Origin: a virus
Lineage: Duplodnaviria; Caudoviricetes
DNA: 64,000 nucleotides
Virus record (IMG/VR): IMGVR_UViG_3300023283_000076
Location: 96,001 to 160,000 of that record
Reading direction: 5' to 3' (one strand)
The position numbers and the translations under genes were made by a program. The notes beneath the pieces were generated by a model. That model had not been told where the DNA came from. It saw nothing but the letters and a program-made list of their open reading frames with translations, and ran no database searches. Positions 37,188 through 45,821 of this stretch are shown here, in pieces (position 1 is the first letter of the stretch; each line of letters begins with the position of its first letter).

Positions 37188-37547
37188 TTAAATATCTATT
37201 CTTCGCAATAACTCAAGTAAACTATTATTTATAGAATATATCTCATTTTGGATATATCTAAGTTTTAGAGAAACATTAGAGTCATTATGTGTTTCATCAT
37301 TTTTTTGATCTTGTTTCTTTTGTTCTTTATTTATGTCAGGAATCAGTATATCATTCAGACTATTATATAATTCATCTCTAATATCAGCTAGGTGTTCCAC
37401 TTGTTCTGTCAGATGTGTGATATTCACTGTGATAGAACACGCATCTTTATCTTCTGGAGTGTCTCCATAGGATATGGTTCCCTCAAACGCTTCGGCTTGT
37501 GTTGGTTTTTGTCTATAGGTTTTTTTTGTTAAATCATTTTCATTCAT
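37188..37547 (-). CDS. Hypothetical coiled-coil protein
   Basis: ORF with AGGA RBS. Confidence 0.65.
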   Translation of the reverse strand: MNENDLTKKTYRQKPTQAEAFEGTISYGDTPEDKDACSITVNITHLTEQVEHLADIRDELYNSLNDILIPDINKEQKKQDQKNDETHNDSNVSLKLRYIQNEIYSINNSLLELLRRIDI

Positions 37548-37680
37548 ATTAAAATATCCTTAATTTATTTTTCTTGCGAATGTTCTTTCTTTTATGACCT
37601 GCACTAATTAATCTCGATATCGTTCAGAAAGCATATATGTAAAAATTTAGATAGGGTGCATATTAAAACTTTCTTACATT

Positions 37681-37905
37681 TTACTTTAAGCTTCTAGCTA
37701 GAAGCTCACCGTTTTCTTGGTCGCTAAATTTATCCCATCCTGAACCTGTTCTAATTTCCATAGATTCAACTAAATCTATAGATTGAACATGGTTAGCTAA
37801 CTCTTCTCTATAATGCTGCTCAGTTTCATCTTCAAAGGGTTCACGGAATTCATGGACCCTTGCTGCAGATTTTAGTGCCTTCATATTTGGAAAATTCATT
37901 GGCAT
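37681..37905 (-). CDS. Hypothetical protein
   Basis: Own TTGACA-N17-TATTAT promoter and AGGAG RBS. Confidence 0.7.
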   Translation of the reverse strand: MPMNFPNMKALKSAARVHEFREPFEDETEQHYREELANHVQSIDLVESMEIRTGSGWDKFSDQENGELLARSLK

Positions 37906-37971
37906 TTTTATTTCTCCTTTTATTAGCGTGTAAGGGTATAATATAGTAATCGTGGAGAGATGTCAAGGGGG

Positions 37972-38047
37972 TGGTGGCGATAGTAGGACTTAAACCTACG
38001 ACCTCTTCCGTATGAAGGAATTGCTCTGTCAACTGAGCTATATCGCC
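37972..38047 (-). tRNA. tRNA with CAT anticodon (elongator Met, or Ile2)
   Basis: Loop TT-CAT-AC; G1:C72; CCA. Confidence 0.88.
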
Positions 38048-38058
38048 ATTTTAAAAGT

Positions 38059-38134
38059 TGGTGCGCAACCCAAGCCTCGAACTTGGAACCTTTCGATTAT
38101 CGGTCGAATGCTCTGCCAATTGAGCTAGTTGCGC
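38059..38134 (-). tRNA. tRNA-Ile(GAT), atypical C33
   Basis: Loop CC-GAT-AA; CCA. Confidence 0.9.
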
Positions 38135-38159
38135 AGGTTTCGTGTATTTGTTTATTTAT

Positions 38160-38323
38160 CAGACAAAGAGAAGACCTCTTCTTTAACGCAGCTAAAAATA
38201 TATTAACCTTCGGGCAGACGGAGCTAGCTTGTGGAGTCCAAAATAAGACTGAATCTCCTGTATGGGGCAATGCACACGACTGTGAAACAAGAATCCCCTT
38301 GCTTTAGCGAGGGGAGTTGTCAA
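38160..38323 (+). mobile_element. 164-bp internally deleted derivative of the TnpB element, retaining the omegaRNA/right-end region
   Basis: TTTAT|left-end-like CAGACAAAGAGAAGACCTCTTCTTTAA fused to ~136 nt near-identical to the tnpB 3' end and right end, ending GTCAA. Confidence 0.88.
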
Positions 38324-38534
38324 TGCTACTAACAGGCGGGAATATATGCCATACTACACTCCGGGGGCAGCTTCTTTAAAAGCTTTTTCAAAGTTTTTTG
38401 ATAGGGATTCTATAAGTTCTTCTTTTTCTTCTAAAAACTTTTTGTATTTTTCTTTCAGTTGATTATCCATAGTCCAGATTTCTTATTAAGTTGCAACATG
38501 ATACAGTAAAATAAGTATATTGTCAAGGGGGAAT

Positions 38535-38610
38535 TGGAGCGGCTAAGGGGAATCGAGCCCCTGACCTCAACTTTGGCAAAGTTGCGCTCTACCTACTGAG
38601 CTATAGCCGC
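38535..38610 (-). tRNA. tRNA-Gly(GCC)
   Basis: Loop TT-GCC-AA; C54; CCA. Confidence 0.92.
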
Positions 38611-38615
38611 ATATA

Positions 38616-38813
38616 TTAAACATATATCTTATCGTTCTTTTCTTCTTCTTTTAAAATATCATAAACAGAAAGCGGAGATCCTGAATTTTTTAGATTTTGC
38701 TCCATTACGCCAATAAAATCCGTTATATGATCATCCGGTATAGAATGGACAAATTTTCTAACTCTGTTCTCTGCTTCCATACGCTTTTTAGTGCTCGTAT
38801 CTGCTATATGCAT
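38616..38813 (-). CDS. Hypothetical protein
   Basis: ORF. Confidence 0.5.
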   Translation of the reverse strand: MHIADTSTKKRMEAENRVRKFVHSIPDDHITDFIGVMEQNLKNSGSPLSVYDILKEEEKNDKIYV

Positions 38814-38860
38814 AATCGTAAATCCGTTGTTTTTGTATTTTTCATATAATATTTATACAA

Positions 38861-39169
38861 TTATGTGATAGAGTATGAAAAAAATGGAAGGAATACGGGG
38901 AATTGAACTCTTATACTGATATCCCGGAGTTTGAATCCAGTTTCCAGCCATTTTGCGATAACTTCTTCGATAGAACCGCCATGCATTTCAGCATCACACC
39001 CCCCAGCTAAATCAAGACACCGTATAACCCAACAAGTCCCATCAGTATCTAATCGCTCTTTAGGGCCCACATATATTTTACCAATTTCTTTATGCGGACG
39101 CCAGTATGCTCCACTAGGGTGGATTGTATCCCCGTCTTTTACATCTGGAATCTTACCACAAAGGGGCAT
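38861..39169 (-). CDS. Hypothetical protein
   Basis: ORF; overlaps a possible tRNA remnant. Confidence 0.5.
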   Translation of the reverse strand: MPLCGKIPDVKDGDTIHPSGAYWRPHKEIGKIYVGPKERLDTDGTCWVIRCLDLAGGCDAEMHGGSIEEVIAKWLETGFKLRDISIRVQFPVFLPFFSYSIT

Positions 39170-39271
39170 TATTTTAATTTAATATGTTGTTTATTCATTT
39201 AATTCACCTGTTGTTTATTTTCATATTCGAAAAATACGGTCCGCTGAATTTCTGGCCCTTCCGTAAATAAT

Positions 39272-39384
39272 TGTGCGCTCTAACTGCTTTAACCGCTCGC
39301 CACACCCACGAGCTTCTGGTCTTGGCCACACCACTAGCCTCAAGGATTCAGGTTTAGCGCACACTACTACAATCCTTTGTTCGA
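39272..39384 (-). ncRNA. Candidate pseudoknotted ncRNA, copy 1
   Basis: Homologous to 44587-44698 with compensatory changes in three helices. Confidence 0.75.
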
Positions 39385-39427
39385 TAAACTGCAATGGTTA
39401 CTATATCATCTTGTAACAACATTTGCA

Positions 39428-39500
39428 AGTAGTTTGTCAGGATTTGAACCTACGAATGCGGACTCCGAAGGCCCCGCTGCATTTAATTGCCCGAGGTACT
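39428..39500 (-). pseudogene. Degenerate tRNA-Arg(TCG)-like remnant
   Basis: CT-TCG-GA loop and GGTTCAAATCC T-loop; acceptor stem unpaired. Confidence 0.45.
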
Positions 39501-39759
39501 AAATCTTTCCATTCACAATCAATCTGAACATAAATTCACTTACATTCACATGTATATTTACTTTTGGTTGCATTAAAGAAAAATCTAAAAGTTCACAAAA
39601 TTCTTTAATAGATCTTTCTGCGTATTCTGTAAATGTTCCTTCCGTGCCGTCCATTTTTATATAAGTAGCTTCTATATCATCTAAATGTTTTAGACGTTCA
39701 ATAGCCCTTTTTTTAAATTGTAAAATGCTTGATTGCGATGTTAATGTTATACTATTCAT
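39499..39759 (-). CDS. Hypothetical protein
   Basis: ORF with AGGA RBS. Confidence 0.6.
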   Translation of the reverse strand: MNSITLTSQSSILQFKKRAIERLKHLDDIEATYIKMDGTEGTFTEYAERSIKEFCELLDFSLMQPKVNIHVNVSEFMFRLIVNGKI

Positions 39760-39844
39760 TTTGTATATCCTATTTTTAAGGATATTATAACATGAATATA
39801 TTTTATTTGCAATGTTTTACTGTATTGTGCCGTTTATGCTAAAT

Positions 39845-40528
39845 TCAAATCGTTTTCCACCAATCTATTGAATTATATTTTTTTGTTTGGGTTATATGAT
39901 TGTTTTTATATTTTTTATACAGTGTTTCATTAAACGTTTTAATCGGCTTCAAGTAGCCTTTTTTATGTGCTACTACTATTCTTTTTTTGCCTTGTTCTGC
40001 GGCTTGAGCCGATACTAATATGTCGTCCATATAATAATAGCCAAATTTATTTATGTCTATTATTATATTGTTAGTGTTCCAGCAACTAACGCCGTTTCCT
40101 ATAACTTCCACTTCTCTATCTTTACAGTTTTCTGCGTTAAAATGATAATATTCTTTATAATCTCTAAAATAATTTTCTATCTTTCTTTCCTTTGGAAATT
40201 TTCTTCCATGGTATGAAACAATTACGTTATCATTGTACTCGTTTAATTTTTTTATACTATAATTTACGTATCCTGCTGGATAAAGTATATCATCATCTAT
40301 ACAAAAATAATACTCATTTGGACTGGTTGCCCAAAAAACCTTTCCACTAGATTTTAGATCAGCGCCTTGATATGTGTATATTTTGTCTCTTTTGAATTCG
40401 TTTGGTATAGATTTGAAATTATTGAGATATAATCTAATATATGATACTTGATTATATATTGAGTTTAATACTTTGGTGGCACTATATAATCTTTCTGGAA
40501 CAGTTGCCATATTAGCAGATATTTTCAT
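39845..40528 (-). CDS. GT-A fold glycosyltransferase
   Basis: MKISANMATVPER, YFCIDDDILYP, MDD; start reassigned. Confidence 0.78.
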   Translation of the reverse strand: MKISANMATVPERLYSATKVLNSIYNQVSYIRLYLNNFKSIPNEFKRDKIYTYQGADLKSSGKVFWATSPNEYYFCIDDDILYPAGYVNYSIKKLNEYNDNVIVSYHGRKFPKERKIENYFRDYKEYYHFNAENCKDREVEVIGNGVSCWNTNNIIIDINKFGYYYMDDILVSAQAAEQGKKRIVVAHKKGYLKPIKTFNETLYKKYKNNHITQTKKYNSIDWWKTI

Positions 40529-40529
40529 G

Positions 40530-41147
40530 TTATTTGTATAACCCCTTTTTATGTCCAACACCTATTCCGGGTCTACCCGGATACCCCTTAATTCCTATGA
40601 CACCGCCATTATAAGGATATATTTTTTTATTTCCTTTAAATTTTTGCCAAAGCTTATAATCTAGTGATGTAGTTTGGCACAATACTTTTTTAAAATCCTC
40701 TAAAGCCTTTCCTTTCATAGCGGTTGAGCACAGGCTTGCGTGTTTTTTATTTCCCATGCATTTTTCAGATCCATCGAGATGCCTGTATACACTTGGAGCT
40801 TCTCCTACGAGATCATTGATTTGTAACCACTGGTTGCATTGTTTTAACCACCATGAGGCATATTTATCATCATCTTCAACTATGATGACACGTGTTCCTT
40901 CGATATGCTTCAAACCTTCTTTCAGGTTTCTGGCTTGTGTATTTTTGCCGGGGCTCCATAATGGTTTTGGTCTTATATGTAGGATTTCCCAATCTTTTAT
41001 GGTGGGGGTTTCCATCGATTCAGGACCATCATCTACGATAACCCATTTTACGGGACCTGTATATTCTTGAGCTTTCATATACTCTACACAATTAGAAAAT
41101 GCTTCAGGTCTTGCTCCTGTGGGAGTTATAATATTTAATATTTGCAT
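40530..41147 (-). CDS. GT2-like glycosyltransferase
   Basis: IITPTGARP..F, IVEDDDKY. Confidence 0.72.
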   Translation of the reverse strand: MQILNIITPTGARPEAFSNCVEYMKAQEYTGPVKWVIVDDGPESMETPTIKDWEILHIRPKPLWSPGKNTQARNLKEGLKHIEGTRVIIVEDDDKYASWWLKQCNQWLQINDLVGEAPSVYRHLDGSEKCMGNKKHASLCSTAMKGKALEDFKKVLCQTTSLDYKLWQKFKGNKKIYPYNGGVIGIKGYPGRPGIGVGHKKGLYK

Positions 41148-41161
41148 TATTTAAATTTCGA

Positions 41162-41797
41162 TTAGTTTGTGTCACTGTTATTACTTGAAAATAGCTTAAA
41201 TTCTGCGAAACTTGTTTCTTTGGGATTAGAGCCCTTTTCGAATGAAAATGGATTTTTCCAACTGCATATCAAATTAAATTCTTTTGCATTTTCTGAAATC
41301 CAATCAGTATATTTACGATGACGTACATGTACCGGTCCGTCTGATCTGTTATAATCAGATGAATATATTAATACTAAACGTTCCGACGCATCAAAAAGAT
41401 TTCTCATGTATCTATGAAATGTATCATCTTCAACTAAATGAAATATTACATCTAAAGACAATACGAGTGGAGATTTTAGTGTTTTAATAATTGGATCAGA
41501 GTAATGAAAAAACCTCCAGTTTTTTTTACACTCAAACATTTTATTGCAATGAGATACTGCCTCTTGAGAAACATCGATTCCTATATATTTTTTAAATTTA
41601 AATTTTGCGCATTGATTTCCATCACCTGAACCAAATTCGATGGCGTCCGATATTTTATATTTAGATGATAATTTATTTATTGTTTTCGCTTTATATTCAG
41701 CGAGTCTACCATATGACCCGGCTCCAGAATTTCCGCCCGTTTTATATCTGTGTTCCCAGTATGATGCACTTACAAAATTTTTATTTTTATTGTTCAT
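41162..41797 (-). CDS. Class I SAM-dependent methyltransferase
   Basis: YWEHRY..GGNSGAGS; IEFGSGDG; YIGIDVS; SLDVIFHL. Confidence 0.88.
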   Translation of the reverse strand: MNNKNKNFVSASYWEHRYKTGGNSGAGSYGRLAEYKAKTINKLSSKYKISDAIEFGSGDGNQCAKFKFKKYIGIDVSQEAVSHCNKMFECKKNWRFFHYSDPIIKTLKSPLVLSLDVIFHLVEDDTFHRYMRNLFDASERLVLIYSSDYNRSDGPVHVRHRKYTDWISENAKEFNLICSWKNPFSFEKGSNPKETSFAEFKLFSSNNSDTN

Positions 41798-41798
41798 T

Positions 41799-42620
41799 TT
41801 ATATTTCTATAAATTCTCTCGGTTTTATATTAACCTTTTGTGGTTTTTCGTAGTATCCATTTGTTTCTCTGTTTTTAATTTCAGTAGCATATTTAATTCG
41901 CATAGGTGACCGTGGGTTGGTTTCTTTGTTTTGCGTCAATGAATTTGAATGAATTCTTCTATAAAATAGGGGGGTGCTTATTTTACTTATCTTAAATATT
42001 TTTTCACTTCTAAAGCAAAAATCACTATCTGCTCCGCATCTCCATTCTTCAAACCCGCCCAATATATCATGGACTTCTTTTCTATGACAACCTACGCCAT
42101 CGGCGACTTTGGGTTTAATAATCCCCTGATTGGGATATGTTCCATTGTTATAATTATAATATTTTACCTTACATATGTCATAGCCCTCTTTCATCTTACT
42201 ATCGATAACTGACATCATATTTTCTTTCATGTGATCATCACTATCAAAAAATAAAATCAAAGGATAACTTGCCATTTGTAATAGAGTATTGCGTATTATA
42301 TAAGGACCATAATTATTTTTAAAATAATATATTTTTAAGTTTTTATATGAATCTTTTATTTCAGTAGCTTTTTTTAACGTTAAATCACATGCATCAATTC
42401 CCAATAATATTTCATATTTAACGTTATTATTATTATTATTGAATAGTGTTTGATTCTTAATAGAACGTAAACATTCATCTAAAAAGTCTTGCGCCTTGTA
42501 GGCTGGAATTATTATTGTATAGTTGTTGTTTGTGTTACTTTCTAAAGAGGTATTTTTATTTGCTGATTTACGACTTTTTTGATTAATGTGCAGCTTTTTT
42601 TTAAGGTCTTTGGATAACAT
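41799..42620 (-). CDS. GT2 glycosyltransferase
   Basis: IIIPAYKA..FLDECL, FFDSDD, LGGF..WRCGAD. Confidence 0.88.
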   Translation of the reverse strand: MLSKDLKKKLHINQKSRKSANKNTSLESNTNNNYTIIIPAYKAQDFLDECLRSIKNQTLFNNNNNNVKYEILLGIDACDLTLKKATEIKDSYKNLKIYYFKNNYGPYIIRNTLLQMASYPLILFFDSDDHMKENMMSVIDSKMKEGYDICKVKYYNYNNGTYPNQGIIKPKVADGVGCHRKEVHDILGGFEEWRCGADSDFCFRSEKIFKISKISTPLFYRRIHSNSLTQNKETNPRSPMRIKYATEIKNRETNGYYEKPQKVNIKPREFIEI

Positions 42621-42643
42621 TGTTAAAGTAACTTATTATGATA

Positions 42644-43354
42644 CTATTTATGATTTACTATTGAAAAATAACTAGAAAACGGTCTTTTTTCACGAGGGTA
42701 TTTTTTATTTTTTTTACGTTCATATTCTATAACATTTATACCATTTTTTTGGGTATATTTCCACAAGGTATAGTTGAAAGATAGTTGATCTCTTTTACTT
42801 GGGAGTTTCATATAATCTTTATACCATTCAGAAAATAGATTATAACAATTTACGCTTTTTCTGGATATAACCAACACACCTGTTTCATTTAATCCAGCAT
42901 TTCTGGGATAATTAATACTTTTAAGTATATTAATATGTTTATTTACAATCATCGGGGTTTCTTTTTTTAATTTTATTATTTCTCTTGCTTCATCATATAT
43001 ACAATTCCTATCAGGGTGTTGGCCAATCATTAGATCATGTTCTTTTGGATCAAAATTAAATTCTTTTATGAATTTATTTAAATCATCTGTAATTTCCATA
43101 TTACCATCTATACATATACATATATCATAAGTTTCAGGTATATATTTTGAATACTGCATTACTATAGAGTTGGCCTTCCTTTTAGGACATTTTATAAATG
43201 TATCGTCCACATGAATTGGTTTAATGTTCCATGTAGCCGATTCAATATCGCTATCGGTAACACATATGTGATCCCAGCCGGGGCTTATTGTTTTTGGTTC
43301 AATTATGTGATCATAATTTCCAGTTATATAGGTTAATACGCATCTATTGTTCAT
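42644..43354 (-). CDS. DUF616/MUCI70-like glycosyltransferase
   Basis: TYITGNYD, ICIDGN, HPDRNCIYDEA, RDQLSFNY. Confidence 0.8.
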   Translation of the reverse strand: MNNRCVLTYITGNYDHIIEPKTISPGWDHICVTDSDIESATWNIKPIHVDDTFIKCPKRKANSIVMQYSKYIPETYDICICIDGNMEITDDLNKFIKEFNFDPKEHDLMIGQHPDRNCIYDEAREIIKLKKETPMIVNKHINILKSINYPRNAGLNETGVLVISRKSVNCYNLFSEWYKDYMKLPSKRDQLSFNYTLWKYTQKNGINVIEYERKKNKKYPREKRPFSSYFSIVNHK

Positions 43355-43514
43355 TAAATTTTTTTTGTTTTTTATTTATTTCCTCTATTTCTTCTAAACA
43401 TAGACCACAACATGTGGCTGCACCTGTTTGTATTATGACGCTTAAAATATCTCCATGGTGAAGGTGCTGTTTTATTTCATCCTCTGTTATTGCGTTGCAA
43501 ACACATATATACAT
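43344..43514 (-). CDS. bfd: Bacterioferritin-associated ferredoxin-like [2Fe-2S] protein (56 aa, absent from ORF track)
   Basis: MYICVCNAITEDEIK...GAATCCGLC; starts 2 nt after the epimerase stop and overlaps the next gene. Confidence 0.85.
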   Translation of the reverse strand: MYICVCNAITEDEIKQHLHHGDILSVIIQTGAATCCGLCLEEIEEINKKQKKFNEQ

Positions 43515-43515
43515 T

Positions 43516-44478
43516 TTAAGTATAATATCCTTTATACCATTTTATAAAATTATGTATTCCAGCTTCTATATCTACTTTTGGGCTATGGTTTATGATATTT
43601 TTTATTTTTGATAGATTCGCATGAGTTATGCGCATTTCCTCTATATTCTCTGGCAATATTTTTATATTAGCTCGCTTGTTTAGATTTTGTTCTATAAGTT
43701 TAATAACATCCATTAGATAAATTGGAGTTCCATTAGAAATATTATATATTTCATATGGTATGGAACCTTCTGGTATTTTGGTTAATATTTGACATATTAT
43801 ATTAACTGCATCATCAATGTATGTGAAATCTCTATATTGATTTCCATTATTATACACTTTTATTTGTTTATCAGATAGAATACTTTTAGTAAATTTATGC
43901 ATTGCCAAATCCGGGCGCAACCATGGTCCATATATAGAAAATAGGCGTAACCCAGTAGTAGGGATATCATACATATTACTATAAACATGTGCCATCAATT
44001 CATTAGATTTTTTTGTCGCCCCATATATTGATATTTGTTTATCCGTGTTGTCTTCTTCATGGAATGGTGGAGTATTATTGTTGTATACCGCACTGGAAGA
44101 AGCATACACTAAATGTTTTACTTCATATTCTTTCATTACGTCTAATATGTTCATAAATCCTGAAATATTGTTGTCAATTACTTCTTCAGGATGCTTCGTA
44201 GAATATCTAACACCTGCTTGTGCCGCTAAATGTACGATATAGTCTATTGAATTTTTTTCAAATATTTTTTTGAGGTCTTGGGTATTTCTTATATCAATTT
44301 TTTTAAAAATAAAATTTGAATTTAAGCTAATTATATCTTTTACTCTATCGCGTTTAAGATTTTGGTCATAATAAGAATTTAAATTATCTATCCCTATTAC
44401 GTTAATATTTTTACGTAGTAATGCCTTACATAATGAATGCCCGACGAATCCTGCAACACCTGTTATTAACGTATACAT
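43516..44478 (-). CDS. NAD-dependent epimerase (UDP-glucuronate 4-epimerase-like)
   Basis: GVAGFVG, HLAAQAGVRYS, YGATKKSNE, RDFTYIDD. Confidence 0.92.
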   Translation of the reverse strand: MYTLITGVAGFVGHSLCKALLRKNINVIGIDNLNSYYDQNLKRDRVKDIISLNSNFIFKKIDIRNTQDLKKIFEKNSIDYIVHLAAQAGVRYSTKHPEEVIDNNISGFMNILDVMKEYEVKHLVYASSSAVYNNNTPPFHEEDNTDKQISIYGATKKSNELMAHVYSNMYDIPTTGLRLFSIYGPWLRPDLAMHKFTKSILSDKQIKVYNNGNQYRDFTYIDDAVNIICQILTKIPEGSIPYEIYNISNGTPIYLMDVIKLIEQNLNKRANIKILPENIEEMRITHANLSKIKNIINHSPKVDIEAGIHNFIKWYKGYYT

Positions 44479-44586
44479 ATATACCCATACACCTTTTTTA
44501 AAATTATAGCGTATCTACTATACGAGGTTAAAGATATTTATGTCAAGGAAAACATGATATCCTTTTATTATTTGTAACAAAAACAT

Positions 44587-44698
44587 ATGCGTCCTAACTG
44601 CTTTAACCGCTCTCCACACCAAAGAGCTTCGGGTCTTGGCCACACCACTAGCCTCAAGGGTTCAGGTTTGACGCATCCTACTACAACCCTTTGTTCGA
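44587..44698 (-). ncRNA. Candidate pseudoknotted ncRNA, copy 2
   Basis: See copy 1. Confidence 0.75.
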
Positions 44699-44839
44699 AA
44701 AATCTTTTTTATTTATAATAACATCTTTAAAGGTGAAATGCGAACAATATATTATTATATGTCTGATTTATTGGAGATTTATATTTTCAATTTTTAATTT
44801 TTATAAATATATACGAAATACTTACACGGAGTAATAGTT

Positions 44840-45370
44840 ATGAAAAAATATATATTTACAATATTGGCTGGATTATTAATATCATCATCTGTCGTTTCTC
44901 AAGATGTCTCAGATGCGGGAATATGGAGTTCATCTGATGATAGTTTTCAAGGATTTAATTTTGTTCCTGTAGGTGAAACCGTTTTCGCAAATGAATCTCT
45001 TATTGTGTTTTGGTACACATATGATGAAAGCGGTAATCAGGTTTGGTTTATAAGTGATAATGTTGAAGCAAATCCCTCGGGCAACTATCAACGAGTCGAC
45101 ATATTCAACCCTATTTGTTCATTTAGAGTTCTTTCTGATGAATGTTCAGCAGGGGATCCTGTCGGGGTTATTGATATTTCTAAAGAATTAACTGGTACAT
45201 TTGATGTGCGTTTCGCAATAGATGAAAGCGTCGGTGATTTTAGTGCTGAATGTGACCCTAATGTCCTAGATCCTAGAGTAAGCCCAGCACCGCCTGAATT
45301 ACCCGAAGAGTTTGAATGTCAGGGAGAACTTACTTTAGAACGCATAACACCGAAAGCTGTTTTAGATTAA
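44840..45370 (+). CDS. Late secreted protein with signal peptide
   Basis: TATAAATA at 44802; Sec-type signal; G.W...QG...FWYTYD..GNQ.W beta-domain; CxC-type cysteine pairs. Confidence 0.8.
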   Translation: MKKYIFTILAGLLISSSVVSQDVSDAGIWSSSDDSFQGFNFVPVGETVFANESLIVFWYTYDESGNQVWFISDNVEANPSGNYQRVDIFNPICSFRVLSDECSAGDPVGVIDISKELTGTFDVRFAIDESVGDFSAECDPNVLDPRVSPAPPELPEEFECQGELTLERITPKAVLD

Positions 45371-45397
45371 TTAAATAATTCTGCGGTTCTGTGCCAC

Positions 45398-45480
45398 TGG
45401 GGTGCAGGACCGGAGTCGAAGCGGCATTTTCAGAGCCCGCAACCCCACGCTTTACCAATTAAGTTAAGTTAAGCTATCTA
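45398..45480 (-). pseudogene. Degenerate tRNA (GCG at the anticodon position)
   Basis: D-loop and T-loop recognisable, CCA present, 5' acceptor strand replaced by a TAACT duplication. Confidence 0.45.
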
Positions 45481-45543
45481 GACTATAGTTTATACGCCAT
45501 ACCGTATATTTTCATTTTATGCGCTATAACGTATATTTAAAAA

Positions 45544-45619
45544 TGGCAGGTGTGCAAGGATTTGAACCCTGACCAAGAAATTTGGAGTTTCCTATGCTAC
45601 CAGATTACACCACACACCT
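45544..45619 (-). tRNA. tRNA-Trp(CCA)
   Basis: Loop CT-CCA-AA; CCA. Confidence 0.93.
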
Positions 45620-45629
45620 ACAATTAATA

Positions 45630-45704
45630 TTCTTGGAAAGTTGAAAAGCTGTTTAGTTGAGTAAAAGTCAAATGTATAGAAGGATGCTTTTCTATGGCCA
45701 AGAA
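45630..45704 (-). ncRNA. Conserved RNA stem element, copy B
   Basis: TTCTTGG-CCATA-GAAAAGC-ATCCTTCT...TTTTACTC...GCTTTTC-AACTTT-CCAAGAA. Confidence 0.72.
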
Positions 45705-45713
45705 ATTTTAAAA

Positions 45714-45790
45714 TGGTTGCGAGGGTGGGACTTGAACCCACACATAGAAGGTTATGAGCCTTCCAATCTACCAATTGATGTTACCTCGCG
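45714..45790 (-). tRNA. tRNA-Met(CAT), initiator-like
   Basis: C1:A72 mismatch; loop CT-CAT-AA; lacks the three consecutive G:C anticodon-stem pairs. Confidence 0.85.
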
Positions 45791-45821
45791 TCCGTATAAC
45801 TATTTATCATTAAATTAAAAA

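Noticed and set aside
38884-38950. tRNA gene
   Set aside because: Only a T-loop-like segment and CCA are recognisable; no D-arm or anticodon arm; overlaps an ORF.
39272-39384. HDV-like/theta or hammerhead ribozyme
   Set aside because: Only 7 nt lie where HDV needs P3-L3, it does not abut a tRNA 3' end, and no CUGANGA/GAAA core is present.
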